A stretch of DNA of 64,000 nucleotides from the NCBI GenBank assembly GCA_046483075.1, contig JAWODV010000042.1, forward strand, positions 70,623 to 134,622. Reading direction: 5' to 3'. The notes beneath the pieces were generated by a model. That model did not search any database. It saw nothing but the letters and a program-made list of their open reading frames with translations, and had not been told where the DNA came from. This DNA comes from Kosmotogaceae bacterium (GTDB lineage Bacteria; Thermotogota; Thermotogae; Petrotogales; Kosmotogaceae). Numbering within the stretch: the stretch's first letter is position 1; each line of letters opens with the position of its first letter. A program made the position numbers and the translations under genes. Of this stretch, positions 9,993 to 19,044 are shown piece by piece.

Positions 9993-10679
9993 TTCAAACA
10001 CCTCCAGTTAGTAATAGTAAAAAAAATATGTGAATTATTTAACAAATATTTTTAAAAATTCATCTACATTATCTTTTCTCATTCATTTCGTTCTCTAACT
10101 ATAATAAAGTAATTATTTTGATTCTATTACTACCCCATTTAAAAAAGGATTATTAAATCTAAATCACCTTCAATACTAGTTTAAATTAATCTATTCTCTT
10201 CTACAAGTGCTGAACAAATCCAGCAAAAACTCTATAAACATTTTTATAAAAGATTATCATGCTTAAATGCAATAATACTTATTCCTTTTACTAAAACATG
10301 CTTCAATTTTCCGACACAAAACTATATCTTTAACTTTCTTTTCATCTAAAACATATGCAATTCATTTCATTGAATGAAAATTTTTGCATGCAAATTATTT
10401 CATACAATAAATAATTACTTTCTGTCAAAGTTTGTATAAACAACTATTAATGCAAATAACAAATACTACCTGGCATCTTAAATATTGTTGGCATACCATT
10501 GCTTATACATTTATTAGAAGAATATGAAAAATGATACCAACTATCCATTTGAAAATGTATTCTTTATTCTTAATTTGTCAAATAGTCAAACTTTGTCTTA
10601 CAAGTAAAGAGTCCTAAAGGTAGATAAGTTATAGATACCTAAATAAAACTGTACTTTAAAATCATCAGGGGGTGTTCAT

Positions 10680-11909
10680 GTGAAACTAAATTTTTCTGAA
10701 ACCGGTAAGAACTTGAAATCATCAATCATTCGAGAGCTTCTCAAGGATGCCATGAATGAGGGTGTTATCTCTTTTGGCGGTGGAGTGCCAGATCCTGAAA
10801 CATTTCCAAAAGAGAAACTTGCTGAAATTGCACAAGATGTTATTCTAAATGAATATTCATGGTCATTACAATACGGTCCAACAGAGGGCGATTCTTTAAT
10901 GAGAAAAACCTTTCTTGAGTTCCTTGAAAGGACAGAAGGCATTACTGGCCTGAATGAGGATAATATACTGATAACAGTTGGTTCTCAAAGTGCTCTTTCT
11001 TTAATATCAACAGTCTTTCTTGATAAACAAAGTATTTATTTCGTTTCAAAACCTGTCTATTTGGGAGCAGCAAGTGCCTTTGTAATGAATTCTCAAAGAT
11101 ATGAATATCTTGTTCTTCATGAAGATGGAATAGATATTAATGACCTTAGTAAAAGATTAAATGAGTTGAATAAAAATGGGGAAATAGAAAATGTAAAATT
11201 TATCTATGTTGTTCCTAACTTCCATAACCCAGCCGGGGTAACATTATCCCTGGAAAAACGAAAAGCCCTTATTGAACTGGCTGAGAAATATGATCTTCCA
11301 ATTATTGAAGATGACCCTTATGGAGAGCTTAGATATGAAGGCGAACGTATTCCATCTTTATTTAAGCTTGCTGGAAAAGACAGAGTATTGATGTTAAGAA
11401 CGTTCAGCAAAATACTATCACCGGGTATGAGACTTGGAATTGTAGTTGGAAATAAAGAACTGGTAAGAAAAATGGTTATGGCCAAACAGGCTGCAGATTT
11501 ATGTACACCAAGTCTTACTCAAAGGATAACGGCAAGATTCCTGCAAAAATATGATCTTAATAAAGAACTAAAACCAACAATACAACTTTATAAAGAAAAG
11601 AAAGATCTAATGCTGGATGAGCTTGAAAAGGCATTCAAAGATATACCCGGAATTACCTGGACAAAGCCTGAAGGTGGTCTATTTATCTGGCTTACATTAC
11701 CTGAAGGTTTTGATACTCTTGAAATGATGGATATCGCAAAAGAAATTGGGGTATTGTTTATACCTGGTAGCTCTTTTTCCCTTGATGGAAGCTGTTCCAA
11801 TTCCATGAGATTATCCTTCTGTCTACCTCCTGAAAAGGATATTATTGAAGGTGTAAAGAGATTGAAGGAAGCTGTTGTTAAATACGGAAAAAGCAAAGAT
11901 CTCCTTTGA
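10680..11909 (+). CDS. Class I/II PLP-dependent aminotransferase (AspC / 2-aminoadipate aminotransferase-like)
   Basis: 409 aa with NFHNPAGVTLS and the PLP-lysine block RTFSKILSPGMRLG. GTG start with AGGGGGTG upstream. It is the first gene of the fermentation operon. Confidence 0.8.
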   Translation: MKLNFSETGKNLKSSIIRELLKDAMNEGVISFGGGVPDPETFPKEKLAEIAQDVILNEYSWSLQYGPTEGDSLMRKTFLEFLERTEGITGLNEDNILITVGSQSALSLISTVFLDKQSIYFVSKPVYLGAASAFVMNSQRYEYLVLHEDGIDINDLSKRLNELNKNGEIENVKFIYVVPNFHNPAGVTLSLEKRKALIELAEKYDLPIIEDDPYGELRYEGERIPSLFKLAGKDRVLMLRTFSKILSPGMRLGIVVGNKELVRKMVMAKQAADLCTPSLTQRITARFLQKYDLNKELKPTIQLYKEKKDLMLDELEKAFKDIPGITWTKPEGGLFIWLTLPEGFDTLEMMDIAKEIGVLFIPGSSFSLDGSCSNSMRLSFCLPPEKDIIEGVKRLKEAVVKYGKSKDLL

Positions 11910-11920
11910 GGAGTGATCAA

Positions 11921-12982
11921 ATGTACACTATTTTGGTAATAAATCCAGGTTCAACGACTACAAAGCTTGGAATATTAGAAAATGAAAAGTTTGTTTATGA
12001 GCATACAATGGAGCACACAAGTGATTATGATAATGAGGATATCAAAGAAACCATCAGCATGCGAACAAATGACATTAAGGGGTTCATGGAATCAAAAGGT
12101 TATAAACGGGAGGATTTTTCGGCAATAGCTTGCAGAGGAGGTATTCTGCCTCCTTTACCCGGGGGTACCTATATTGTTAATGAGGATATGGTCGATTATT
12201 TGCTTTATCAGTCACCTGTTGACCATCCATCAAATTATGCCGCACCCATAGGAATGGAGTTGTCTCAAAAAAGATTACCTGTATTTATCACTGATCCAAT
12301 CTCCACTGACGAATTCATTGATGAAGCAAGACTTTCTGGTATGCCGCAGATACAAAGATTAAGCCTTTTACATACATTAAATATGCGAGCAGTTTCCCAT
12401 AAAGTAGCTAAGGCTTTTGGAAAAAATATCAATGAACTTAACATGGTAGTTGCACATCTGGGTGGAGGTATTTCAGTTGGTTTGCTACTTAAAGGAAGAT
12501 TCGTGGATGTAAATAACGCTACTGGCGAAGGTCCCTTTAGTGCCAACAGAACCGGCGAGTTACCTGTTGGAGATCTTGCCAGGAAGTGTTTTAGTAAAGA
12601 ATATACCAAAAAAGAATTATTAAAGAGATATACAAAAGAAGGAGGTTTAAAAGCCTACCTTGGAACTGACAGTTTAAAAGAAGCACTTAAAAACACAGAT
12701 GATTTTTCCAGGCTTGTAATTGACGCAATGGCATATCAAGTAAGCAAAGAAATTGGTGGAATGTGCGCTGTCGCTGGTGGAAAAATCGATGCCATTGTTC
12801 TTACCGGTGGGATGGCTTACAGTTCAAGCTTTGTTGAAAAAATAAAATCCTATATTGCAAAGTTTGGACTTGTGGTTACCGAACCCGGAGAACATGAAAT
12901 GCTTGCTCTTGCTCAAGGAGCAATCAGGGTACTTAATAAAACAGAAACTCCAAAGACATTTTCATTGGAGGAGTTAGTATGA
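11921..12982 (+). CDS. buk: Butyrate (branched-chain acyl) kinase, paralog 1
   Basis: It opens with MYTILVINPGSTTTK (ASKHA phosphate-1 motif) and contains VAHLGGGISVG. The ATG at 11921 is preceded by GAGGAG; the TTG at 11906 in the track is unlikely to be the start. Confidence 0.9.
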   Translation: MYTILVINPGSTTTKLGILENEKFVYEHTMEHTSDYDNEDIKETISMRTNDIKGFMESKGYKREDFSAIACRGGILPPLPGGTYIVNEDMVDYLLYQSPVDHPSNYAAPIGMELSQKRLPVFITDPISTDEFIDEARLSGMPQIQRLSLLHTLNMRAVSHKVAKAFGKNINELNMVVAHLGGGISVGLLLKGRFVDVNNATGEGPFSANRTGELPVGDLARKCFSKEYTKKELLKRYTKEGGLKAYLGTDSLKEALKNTDDFSRLVIDAMAYQVSKEIGGMCAVAGGKIDAIVLTGGMAYSSSFVEKIKSYIAKFGLVVTEPGEHEMLALAQGAIRVLNKTETPKTFSLEELV

Positions 12983-13884
12983 TTAAAACACTAAATGAGA
13001 TATTAAATGAATCCAGGAAGTTTCATTCAAAAGTAGCAGTTGCAGTGGCAGAAGATAAGGAAGTCTTAAAAGCCTGTAAGAATGCCATAAATGAGAACAT
13101 TGCAGAATTTATATTTTTTGGAGACGAAAAATCACTTAATGCTTTAACCCGAGAATTGGATATGAAAAATGGGTATGAAATAGTAAATGCCAAAAATAAT
13201 GAAGCTGCTATAAAAAAAGCTGTTGAAGCAGTCTCTTCTGAAAAAGCCCAGTTGTTAATGAAAGGAAAAGTAAGAACAGGAGATTTATTAAAGGAATTTT
13301 TAGATGAGAAATACGAATTGAGAACGAACAAAACAATGAATTTGGTAAGTGTTTTTCAGATACCAGATTTCGATAGTCTTCTTATTGTATCAGATGCTGG
13401 AATGGTAATTCAGCCAACGCTGCAACAAAAAATTCATTGCATATCAAACTGTATAAGTGTGGCAAAAACACTAAAAATCCAAAAACCAAAGATTGCACTA
13501 CTTGGAGCAGTTGAGACTGTAAATCCAAAAATGTTAGCAACAATGGACGCTGCGGTACTATCAAAAATGGCAGACAGAGGACAACTTGGAAATGCTGAAA
13601 TAGATGGTCCCTTCGCCTTGGACAACGCCGTTTCTATTGCAGCTGCTGAACACAAAGGAATTTCCAGTAGCGTTGCAGGTAAAGCAGATGTGTTGATTAT
13701 GCCAGATATTGAAGCCGGGAACATATTCTATAAAGCTATGGTCTTTCTTGCCGGTAGTGTGGTAGCCAGTACAATCACAGGGGGTAAAAGACCGATTATA
13801 CTGACTTCCAGAGCAGATACCGAAGAATCAAAACTCTATTCTATAGCATTAAATGTTTTACTGGCGGAGGGATACTATGAATAG
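12979..13884 (+). CDS. ptb: Phosphate butyryltransferase
   Basis: 301 aa of the phosphate acetyl/butyryl transferase family (LMKGKVRTGDLL, DAGMVIQP, GNIFYKAM). It shares an ATGA overlap with the upstream buk. Confidence 0.9.
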   Translation: MIKTLNEILNESRKFHSKVAVAVAEDKEVLKACKNAINENIAEFIFFGDEKSLNALTRELDMKNGYEIVNAKNNEAAIKKAVEAVSSEKAQLLMKGKVRTGDLLKEFLDEKYELRTNKTMNLVSVFQIPDFDSLLIVSDAGMVIQPTLQQKIHCISNCISVAKTLKIQKPKIALLGAVETVNPKMLATMDAAVLSKMADRGQLGNAEIDGPFALDNAVSIAAAEHKGISSSVAGKADVLIMPDIEAGNIFYKAMVFLAGSVVASTITGGKRPIILTSRADTEESKLYSIALNVLLAEGYYE

Positions 13885-14971
13885 AATTTTAGTCATAAAT
13901 CCTGGTTCAACCTCAACTAAGCTTGCTATTTTTGAAGACGAGAACTTAATCGAAAATAAAACTATAAGGCATGAACCACAAGAACTTGCTAAATTTGAAT
14001 CGCTTTATGGTCAGAAAGGCTTCAGAAAAAAAATGATAATAGAATTTCTCGAAAAGCAGGGACTTGAGATAGCTGATTTTGATGCATTCATTGGAAGAGG
14101 AGGTTTGTTGAAACCTATTCCAGGGGGAACATACACAGTCACTGATAAAATGCTGGAAGATCTTAAAGAAGCCCGTTTTGGAGAACATGCTTCCAATTTA
14201 GGAGCTGTTTTAGCAAATGAACTGGCATCAGAATCAAAGGAAGAAATACCTGCTTACATAGCTGATCCTGTTGTTGTTGATGAAATGAATAAAATTGCCA
14301 AATTATCAGGACATCCTGATTTTGAAAGAAAATCCATATTCCATGCACTCAATCAAAAAGCTGTTGCTAGAGAAATTGCAGCTCGTTATGGTAGTAATTA
14401 TGAAAGCATGAATTTGGTTGTAGTACATATGGGTGGAGGTATTTCAATAGGAGCACATGAAAAGGGTAAGGTTGTTGATGTCAACAATGCGCTGAATGGT
14501 GATGGCCCCTATACACCCGAGAGATCTGGAACACTCCCAATTTCACAGTTCATAGAGTTATGTTATTCCGGAGAATACAGCTATAAAGATATCAAAAAAC
14601 TTATTAAAGGTAATGGCGGACTGGTAGCTTACACCGGTACCAACAATTGTGAAAAGATACAGGAAAAAATCGCTGTTGATGAAGATACTGAATGGGCGCT
14701 TTATTATCGAGGAATGGTTTACCAGATAGTAAAATGGATTGGTAAAATTTCAGCTGCGTTGAAGGGCAAGGTTGATGTAATAGTACTTACTGGTGGTTTA
14801 GCTCATGATGAGCGCTTTCTCGTAAAATGGATAAAAGAAAAGGTATCCTTTATAGCACCCGTTGAAGTTGTACCTGGTGGAGATGAGGAACGTGCTCTTG
14901 CAAAAGCTGCCCTTCGTGCTATAAAACACGGAATCCAGCCAAAGATATACGAGGAGATCATTAATGTTTGA
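13877..14971 (+). CDS. buk: Butyrate (branched-chain acyl) kinase, paralog 2
   Basis: It opens with MNRILVINPGSTSTK and contains VVHMGGGISIG. The ATG at 13877 follows GGCGGAGGG. Confidence 0.9.
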   Translation: MNRILVINPGSTSTKLAIFEDENLIENKTIRHEPQELAKFESLYGQKGFRKKMIIEFLEKQGLEIADFDAFIGRGGLLKPIPGGTYTVTDKMLEDLKEARFGEHASNLGAVLANELASESKEEIPAYIADPVVVDEMNKIAKLSGHPDFERKSIFHALNQKAVAREIAARYGSNYESMNLVVVHMGGGISIGAHEKGKVVDVNNALNGDGPYTPERSGTLPISQFIELCYSGEYSYKDIKKLIKGNGGLVAYTGTNNCEKIQEKIAVDEDTEWALYYRGMVYQIVKWIGKISAALKGKVDVIVLTGGLAHDERFLVKWIKEKVSFIAPVEVVPGGDEERALAKAALRAIKHGIQPKIYEEIINV

Positions 14972-15626
14972 AAAAAAAGTCAATATATTCTTGGGAATGT
15001 TTGGTAGTGGTAAAACAGAGATATCACTAAACGCTGCCATAAAACTTAAATCAAAATATGAAAACGTAGCAATTGCTGATATTGACGTCATCAGCACTTA
15101 TTTTAGGTCACGCGATATGAGAAAAAACTTTGAATCAAAGGGCATTAAGATAATTGCTCCAGAAGGTAAATTGATGCACGCAGATTTACCGATAATCGTT
15201 CCACAGGTGGCAGGTTATATTACAAGAGAAGATTACAGGTTAATTATCGATGTAGGTGGTAATGATGATGGCTCTGTGGTTCTCAGCTCATTGAAACAGC
15301 ATATTGATTCACAAGAAAATGTTACTCATTTTATTGTAAATCCCTATCGTCCTTTCACAGATACAATTGACAAAACCGTTGATCATATTAAACGACTATC
15401 AGAAAAATCTCGCAGAAAAGTTGATTATTTAATCAATAATGCAAATCTTGGAGATGAAACAGAAGAGAAACACATTGAATATGGAGAATCATTCGTAAAA
15501 GAAGTATCCAGGATCACAGGTATACCTGTAATTGCAACGGTTATCATGAACAGTATCAAACCCAAAAACACAGAATTTTCAATTCTTAACATAAAAAAGT
15601 TTATAAAAAAAGTATGGGAGGTTTAA
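14964..15626 (+). CDS. Orphan P-loop NTPase of unknown function
   Basis: 220 aa with a classical Walker A (GMFGSGKTE) and a Walker-B-like strand ([12 protein letters not shown]), and no TM segment. The ATG overlaps the buk2 stop (ATGTTTGA). The stop lies 2 nt before the ATG of the next gene. Confidence 0.6.
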   Translation: MFEKKVNIFLGMFGSGKTEISLNAAIKLKSKYENVAIADIDVISTYFRSRDMRKNFESKGIKIIAPEGKLMHADLPIIVPQVAGYITREDYRLIIDVGGNDDGSVVLSSLKQHIDSQENVTHFIVNPYRPFTDTIDKTVDHIKRLSEKSRRKVDYLINNANLGDETEEKHIEYGESFVKEVSRITGIPVIATVIMNSIKPKNTEFSILNIKKFIKKVWEV

Positions 15627-15628
15627 GA

Positions 15629-15862
15629 ATGGCTAAAAACTTTGTAGAAATTGATAAAGAACGCTGTAAGGGATGTGGTCTTTGTATTGAATACTGTCCT
15701 AAAAATGTTCTTAGTTTTTCTGAAAAATTCAATAGCAAAGGGTATCATCCAGCACATCAACACGATATGGAAAATTGCATTGGTTGCGGTTTTTGCTATA
15801 TGATGTGTCCAGATACTGCAATTACAGTATATAAAGAAAAAGAAAAAGTTGAAACACGGTGA
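15629..15862 (+). CDS. 2-oxoacid:ferredoxin oxidoreductase, delta (2x[4Fe-4S]) subunit
   Basis: It carries two ferredoxin motifs, [12 protein letters not shown] and [12 protein letters not shown]. The ATG at 15629 follows GGGAGG. Confidence 0.85.
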   Translation: MAKNFVEIDKERCKGCGLCIEYCPKNVLSFSEKFNSKGYHPAHQHDMENCIGCGFCYMMCPDTAITVYKEKEKVETR

Positions 15863-15876
15863 AGAGGAGGATTGTT

Positions 15877-16944
15877 ATGACTGAAAAATTGATGGTAAAG
15901 GGAAACGAAGCCATGGCTGAAGCTGCTATAAGAGCAGGTTGTCGCTTGTATTTCGGTTATCCCATAACACCACAGTCAGAATTAACTGAATATATGTCAC
16001 GAAGATTGCCTGAAGTTAAAGGAAGTTTCTTGCAATCTGAAAGTGAAGTTGCAGCTGTAAATATGATTTACGGAGCTGCATGTACCGGAACCAGAGTAAT
16101 GACATCAACTTCTAGTCCAGGTTTCAGTTTGATGCAGGAAGGTGTGTCTTATATTGCTGGAGCCCAGTTACCATGTGTATTCATTAATGTTGTTAGAGGA
16201 GGACCCGGACTTGGAGATATCCAGCCTGCCCAGAGTGATTACTTCCAGGCCACAAAAGGTGGCGGCCATGGAGATTACAGACTTATAACACTCGCTCCCA
16301 GTTCCATCCAGGAAGCTGTTGATCTCATTCCACTGGCTTTCGACCTTGCAGATAAATATCGTAATCCAAGTCTGATTCTTGCCGACGGTATGCTAGGACA
16401 GATGATGGAACCTGTTACCTTTAGTGAATTTATTGATCTCTCTGAACTGCCAACTCATTCAAAGTGGGCTATGCAGGGAAATGAAGGTAGAGAGCCTCAT
16501 AAAATAACGTCTTTCGATATAGATCCCAACAAGCTTGAAGAAATGAATATGGTTTATCATAAAAAATATGTAGAAATTATGGAAAAGGAAACACGCTACG
16601 AAACCACACAAATAGAAGATGCAGAATACATTATGGTTGCCTACGGAACGATGGGCAGAATACTGAGTAATGTGCTGAAGATGGCAAGAAATGAAGACAT
16701 TAAAGTAGGTTTGTTTAGGCCGATCACTCTCTGGCCATTTCCATATAAAGAATTGAACAAAATTATAAAAGACAAAAAGGGTGTTTTAACAGTTGAAATG
16801 TCAACCGGTCAGATGGTTGAAGATGTAAAATTAGGAGTTAATGGAGAGGTACCCGTTCATTTCTACGGTAGAACCGGTGGAGTAGTTCCAACACCCAGCG
16901 AAGTACTTGAACAATTGAAACAAATAATCGGGAGAGGTGAATAA
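15877..16944 (+). CDS. 2-oxoacid:ferredoxin oxidoreductase, alpha subunit
   Basis: The N-terminus reads [30 protein letters not shown], typical of POR/VOR/KOR alpha subunits. The ATG at 15877 follows GAAGAGGAGG. Confidence 0.85.
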   Translation: MTEKLMVKGNEAMAEAAIRAGCRLYFGYPITPQSELTEYMSRRLPEVKGSFLQSESEVAAVNMIYGAACTGTRVMTSTSSPGFSLMQEGVSYIAGAQLPCVFINVVRGGPGLGDIQPAQSDYFQATKGGGHGDYRLITLAPSSIQEAVDLIPLAFDLADKYRNPSLILADGMLGQMMEPVTFSEFIDLSELPTHSKWAMQGNEGREPHKITSFDIDPNKLEEMNMVYHKKYVEIMEKETRYETTQIEDAEYIMVAYGTMGRILSNVLKMARNEDIKVGLFRPITLWPFPYKELNKIIKDKKGVLTVEMSTGQMVEDVKLGVNGEVPVHFYGRTGGVVPTPSEVLEQLKQIIGRGE

Positions 16945-16945
16945 T

Positions 16946-17701
16946 ATGTCAGCAATGAAGACCTTTGAAAGACCTCGTGCACTTGCTTCAAAAGAGTTCA
17001 CATATTGTCCTGGCTGTCATCATGGTATTGTCCACAGGTTAATAGCTGAGGTTATTGATGAATTTGAAATTCAGGGCAAAACCCTTATGGTCGCTCCGGT
17101 GGGTTGCTCCGTTTTTGCATACACCTTCTTCGATGTCGATGGTACTGTTGCCGCTCACGGGAGGGCTCCAGCAGTTGCAACCGGTATGAAAAGAGCAAGA
17201 CCTGACAATATTGTTTTTACATATCAGGGTGATGGCGATCTTGCTGCAATTGGAACTGCTGAAATAATCCATGCAGCAAACAGAGGAGAAAAAATTACCT
17301 CAATTTTCATAAATAATGCCATTTATGGTATGACTGGTGGTCAGATGGCACCTACAACATTGCTTGGAATGAAAACAACTACATCGCCATATGGCAGAAA
17401 ATCTGAAACAGAAGGTTTTCCTATTCACGTTTGTGAACTCTTAAAGGAAACTGCAGGCGCTGCATATCTTGAAAGGGTTACTGTAAATTCACCCAACGAG
17501 GTTAGAAAAGCAAAAAAAGCAATCAAAAAAGCATTTACTGCTCAAATAAAAGGACTTGGCTTTTCAATGGTTGAAGTTTTGTCTACATGTCCAACAAACT
17601 GGGGAATGAGCCCTAAAGAATCTATGAAATGGCTTGATGAAAACATGAAGAAGGAGTATCCCGTTGGTGTATTTGTTGACAAGGTCGGTGATGAAAAGTG
17701 A
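16946..17701 (+). CDS. 2-oxoacid:ferredoxin oxidoreductase, beta (TPP-binding) subunit
   Basis: It has the cluster-ligand region CPGCHHG and the TPP motif [11 protein letters not shown]...[11 protein letters not shown]. Confidence 0.85.
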   Translation: MSAMKTFERPRALASKEFTYCPGCHHGIVHRLIAEVIDEFEIQGKTLMVAPVGCSVFAYTFFDVDGTVAAHGRAPAVATGMKRARPDNIVFTYQGDGDLAAIGTAEIIHAANRGEKITSIFINNAIYGMTGGQMAPTTLLGMKTTTSPYGRKSETEGFPIHVCELLKETAGAAYLERVTVNSPNEVRKAKKAIKKAFTAQIKGLGFSMVEVLSTCPTNWGMSPKESMKWLDENMKKEYPVGVFVDKVGDEK

Positions 17702-18240
17702 AGGAAAACATTCTTGTTATCGCAGGTTTTGGCGGCCAAGGTGTAATGCTAATGGGCCAGGTACTGGCGACTGCAGCTATGATTGAAAATAAACACAGTA
17801 CATGGTTACCTTCTTATGGTCCTGAAATGCGTGGTGGAACAGCTAATTGCACAGTTGTTATAAGTGAAGAAATGATAGGTTCTCCCATTGCCGATACGCC
17901 AACTTCTGTGATTGCTATGAATATTCCGTCGTTGCTAAAATTTGAAGAAAAGCTTTCTCCAGAAGGACTATTGATCATTAACAGTTCTGTGGTTGATAGG
18001 GACCCCTCGCGAGATGACATTCAGGTTGCAAAGATTGATGCAAGTAAGATTGCCGAAGAAATTGGAAACCTCAGGGTCGCAAACATGGTGGTGCTGGGAG
18101 CCTATATTGAAAAAACAAACCTGGTATCCCTTGAAAACGTTGAAAAAGCTTTTGAAAGAAAACTTACCGGTAGAAAGGCAAAACTAATCGATATGAATGT
18201 AGAGGCTGTTAAAGCTGGGATGAAAGCGGTAAGGAATTAA
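17698..18240 (+). CDS. 2-oxoacid:ferredoxin oxidoreductase, gamma subunit
   Basis: The N-terminus reads [17 protein letters not shown] and the protein contains YGPEMRGG, typical of gamma subunits. The GTG overlaps the beta-subunit stop. Confidence 0.85.
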   Translation: MKENILVIAGFGGQGVMLMGQVLATAAMIENKHSTWLPSYGPEMRGGTANCTVVISEEMIGSPIADTPTSVIAMNIPSLLKFEEKLSPEGLLIINSSVVDRDPSRDDIQVAKIDASKIAEEIGNLRVANMVVLGAYIEKTNLVSLENVEKAFERKLTGRKAKLIDMNVEAVKAGMKAVRN

Positions 18241-18306
18241 ACATTTTATTTATTTTCATTGATGCTTAAATCAAGTAAATATTTCGAGAAAATGCAGTTA
18301 GTATTC

Positions 18307-18333
18307 AAACCCGGGTAGACAACCCGGGTTTTC
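18307..18333. terminator. Bidirectional rho-independent terminator between convergent operons
   Basis: AAACCCGGG-tagacaa-CCCGGGTTT forms a perfect 9-bp stem that is T-rich on the plus side and A-rich on the minus side. It sits between the gamma-subunit stop (18240) and the stop of the minus-strand gene (18341). Confidence 0.7.
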
Positions 18334-18340
18334 ATTTTAT

Positions 18341-19039
18341 TTACTGGTTAGCAAACATCTGTAAAGTCTCCTGAAAATCAAGGATCACAGCTGCTTCTTC
18401 ATAAAAAGTATAGTTATTATCTTTAGTCTTCACAACCATAAAATAATCCCTTGTTTCTGGTTTTCCAATGCCCCTTATATTCCTAAGTGGAATAAACATA
18501 TCTCTCATTCTTGGTAAATAGAGTTTATTGATGGTTACAGTCTCTTTTATATAGACGTCCTGAATATCCTCGTAAGGTATATCAATAATTACCCTGTCTT
18601 TGTTCTGCGAAATGTAAACCGAAAAATACATTTTTTCTTCGGTCAAGATAACCTGACTTTCACTCATCTTTACTTTCTCAAGATACTCCACTATCCCAAA
18701 GGTATATTGAAGTGTTTTAACGTTTTTTCTTGTTTCTTTGTCATCATACCCAAGTTCCTCAATAAACAACTGTTTTTTCCTTTCTTCACCCATTCCCAGA
18801 AGAAGCGTGATTATACAGACACTGGTACTAAAAACAAAACCTCCACTTCCCATGCTCAAAATTATTGCAACTGCTTCAGCTGCAATAAACAAAACTGGTG
18901 CGATTTTAAGAAGGTTGTATGATGAATTCTTTCTGTATACAACAAAAAGAATGCACAATCCTTCCGCTATAAAGAAATAAAATAATGGGTCAAGGAAAAA
19001 TCGAGTTAATAACGCTACAAGAAGAATAATAAATGTCAT
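18341..19039 (-). CDS. Membrane protein of unknown function (about 3 TM helices plus a soluble C-terminal domain)
   Basis: ORF directly downstream of mnmE. The likely start is ATG 19039 (MTFIILLVALL), 5 nt after the mnmE stop. I recognise no family motif. Confidence 0.5.
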   Translation of the reverse strand: MTFIILLVALLTRFFLDPLFYFFIAEGLCILFVVYRKNSSYNLLKIAPVLFIAAEAVAIILSMGSGGFVFSTSVCIITLLLGMGEERKKQLFIEELGYDDKETRKNVKTLQYTFGIVEYLEKVKMSESQVILTEEKMYFSVYISQNKDRVIIDIPYEDIQDVYIKETVTINKLYLPRMRDMFIPLRNIRGIGKPETRDYFMVVKTKDNNYTFYEEAAVILDFQETLQMFANQ

Positions 19040-19044
19040 TTTAT

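Noticed and set aside
10489-10503. A sigma-54-like promoter, TGGCAT-n-TTGC.
   Set aside because: The GG-to-GC spacing is one nucleotide shorter than the strict -24/-12 geometry. No enhancer-binding protein or rpoN gene is visible in the window.
10524-10607. A 27-aa ORF (MKNDTNYPFENVFFILNLSNSQTLSYK) in the AT-rich spacer.
   Set aside because: It has no convincing SD and its composition is typical of random AT-rich sequence, so there is nothing to support it.
10002-10679. The 678-bp AT-rich spacer as the replication origin (oriC).
   Set aside because: By eye I find no TTATCCACA/TGTGGATAA-like boxes and no Thermotoga-type AAACCTACCACC repeats. There are only two weak TACTACC fragments (10126 and 10464). 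It is also 2.5 kb from dnaA, with three genes in between. I kept it as a regulatory-region finding and make no origin claim without a skew analysis.
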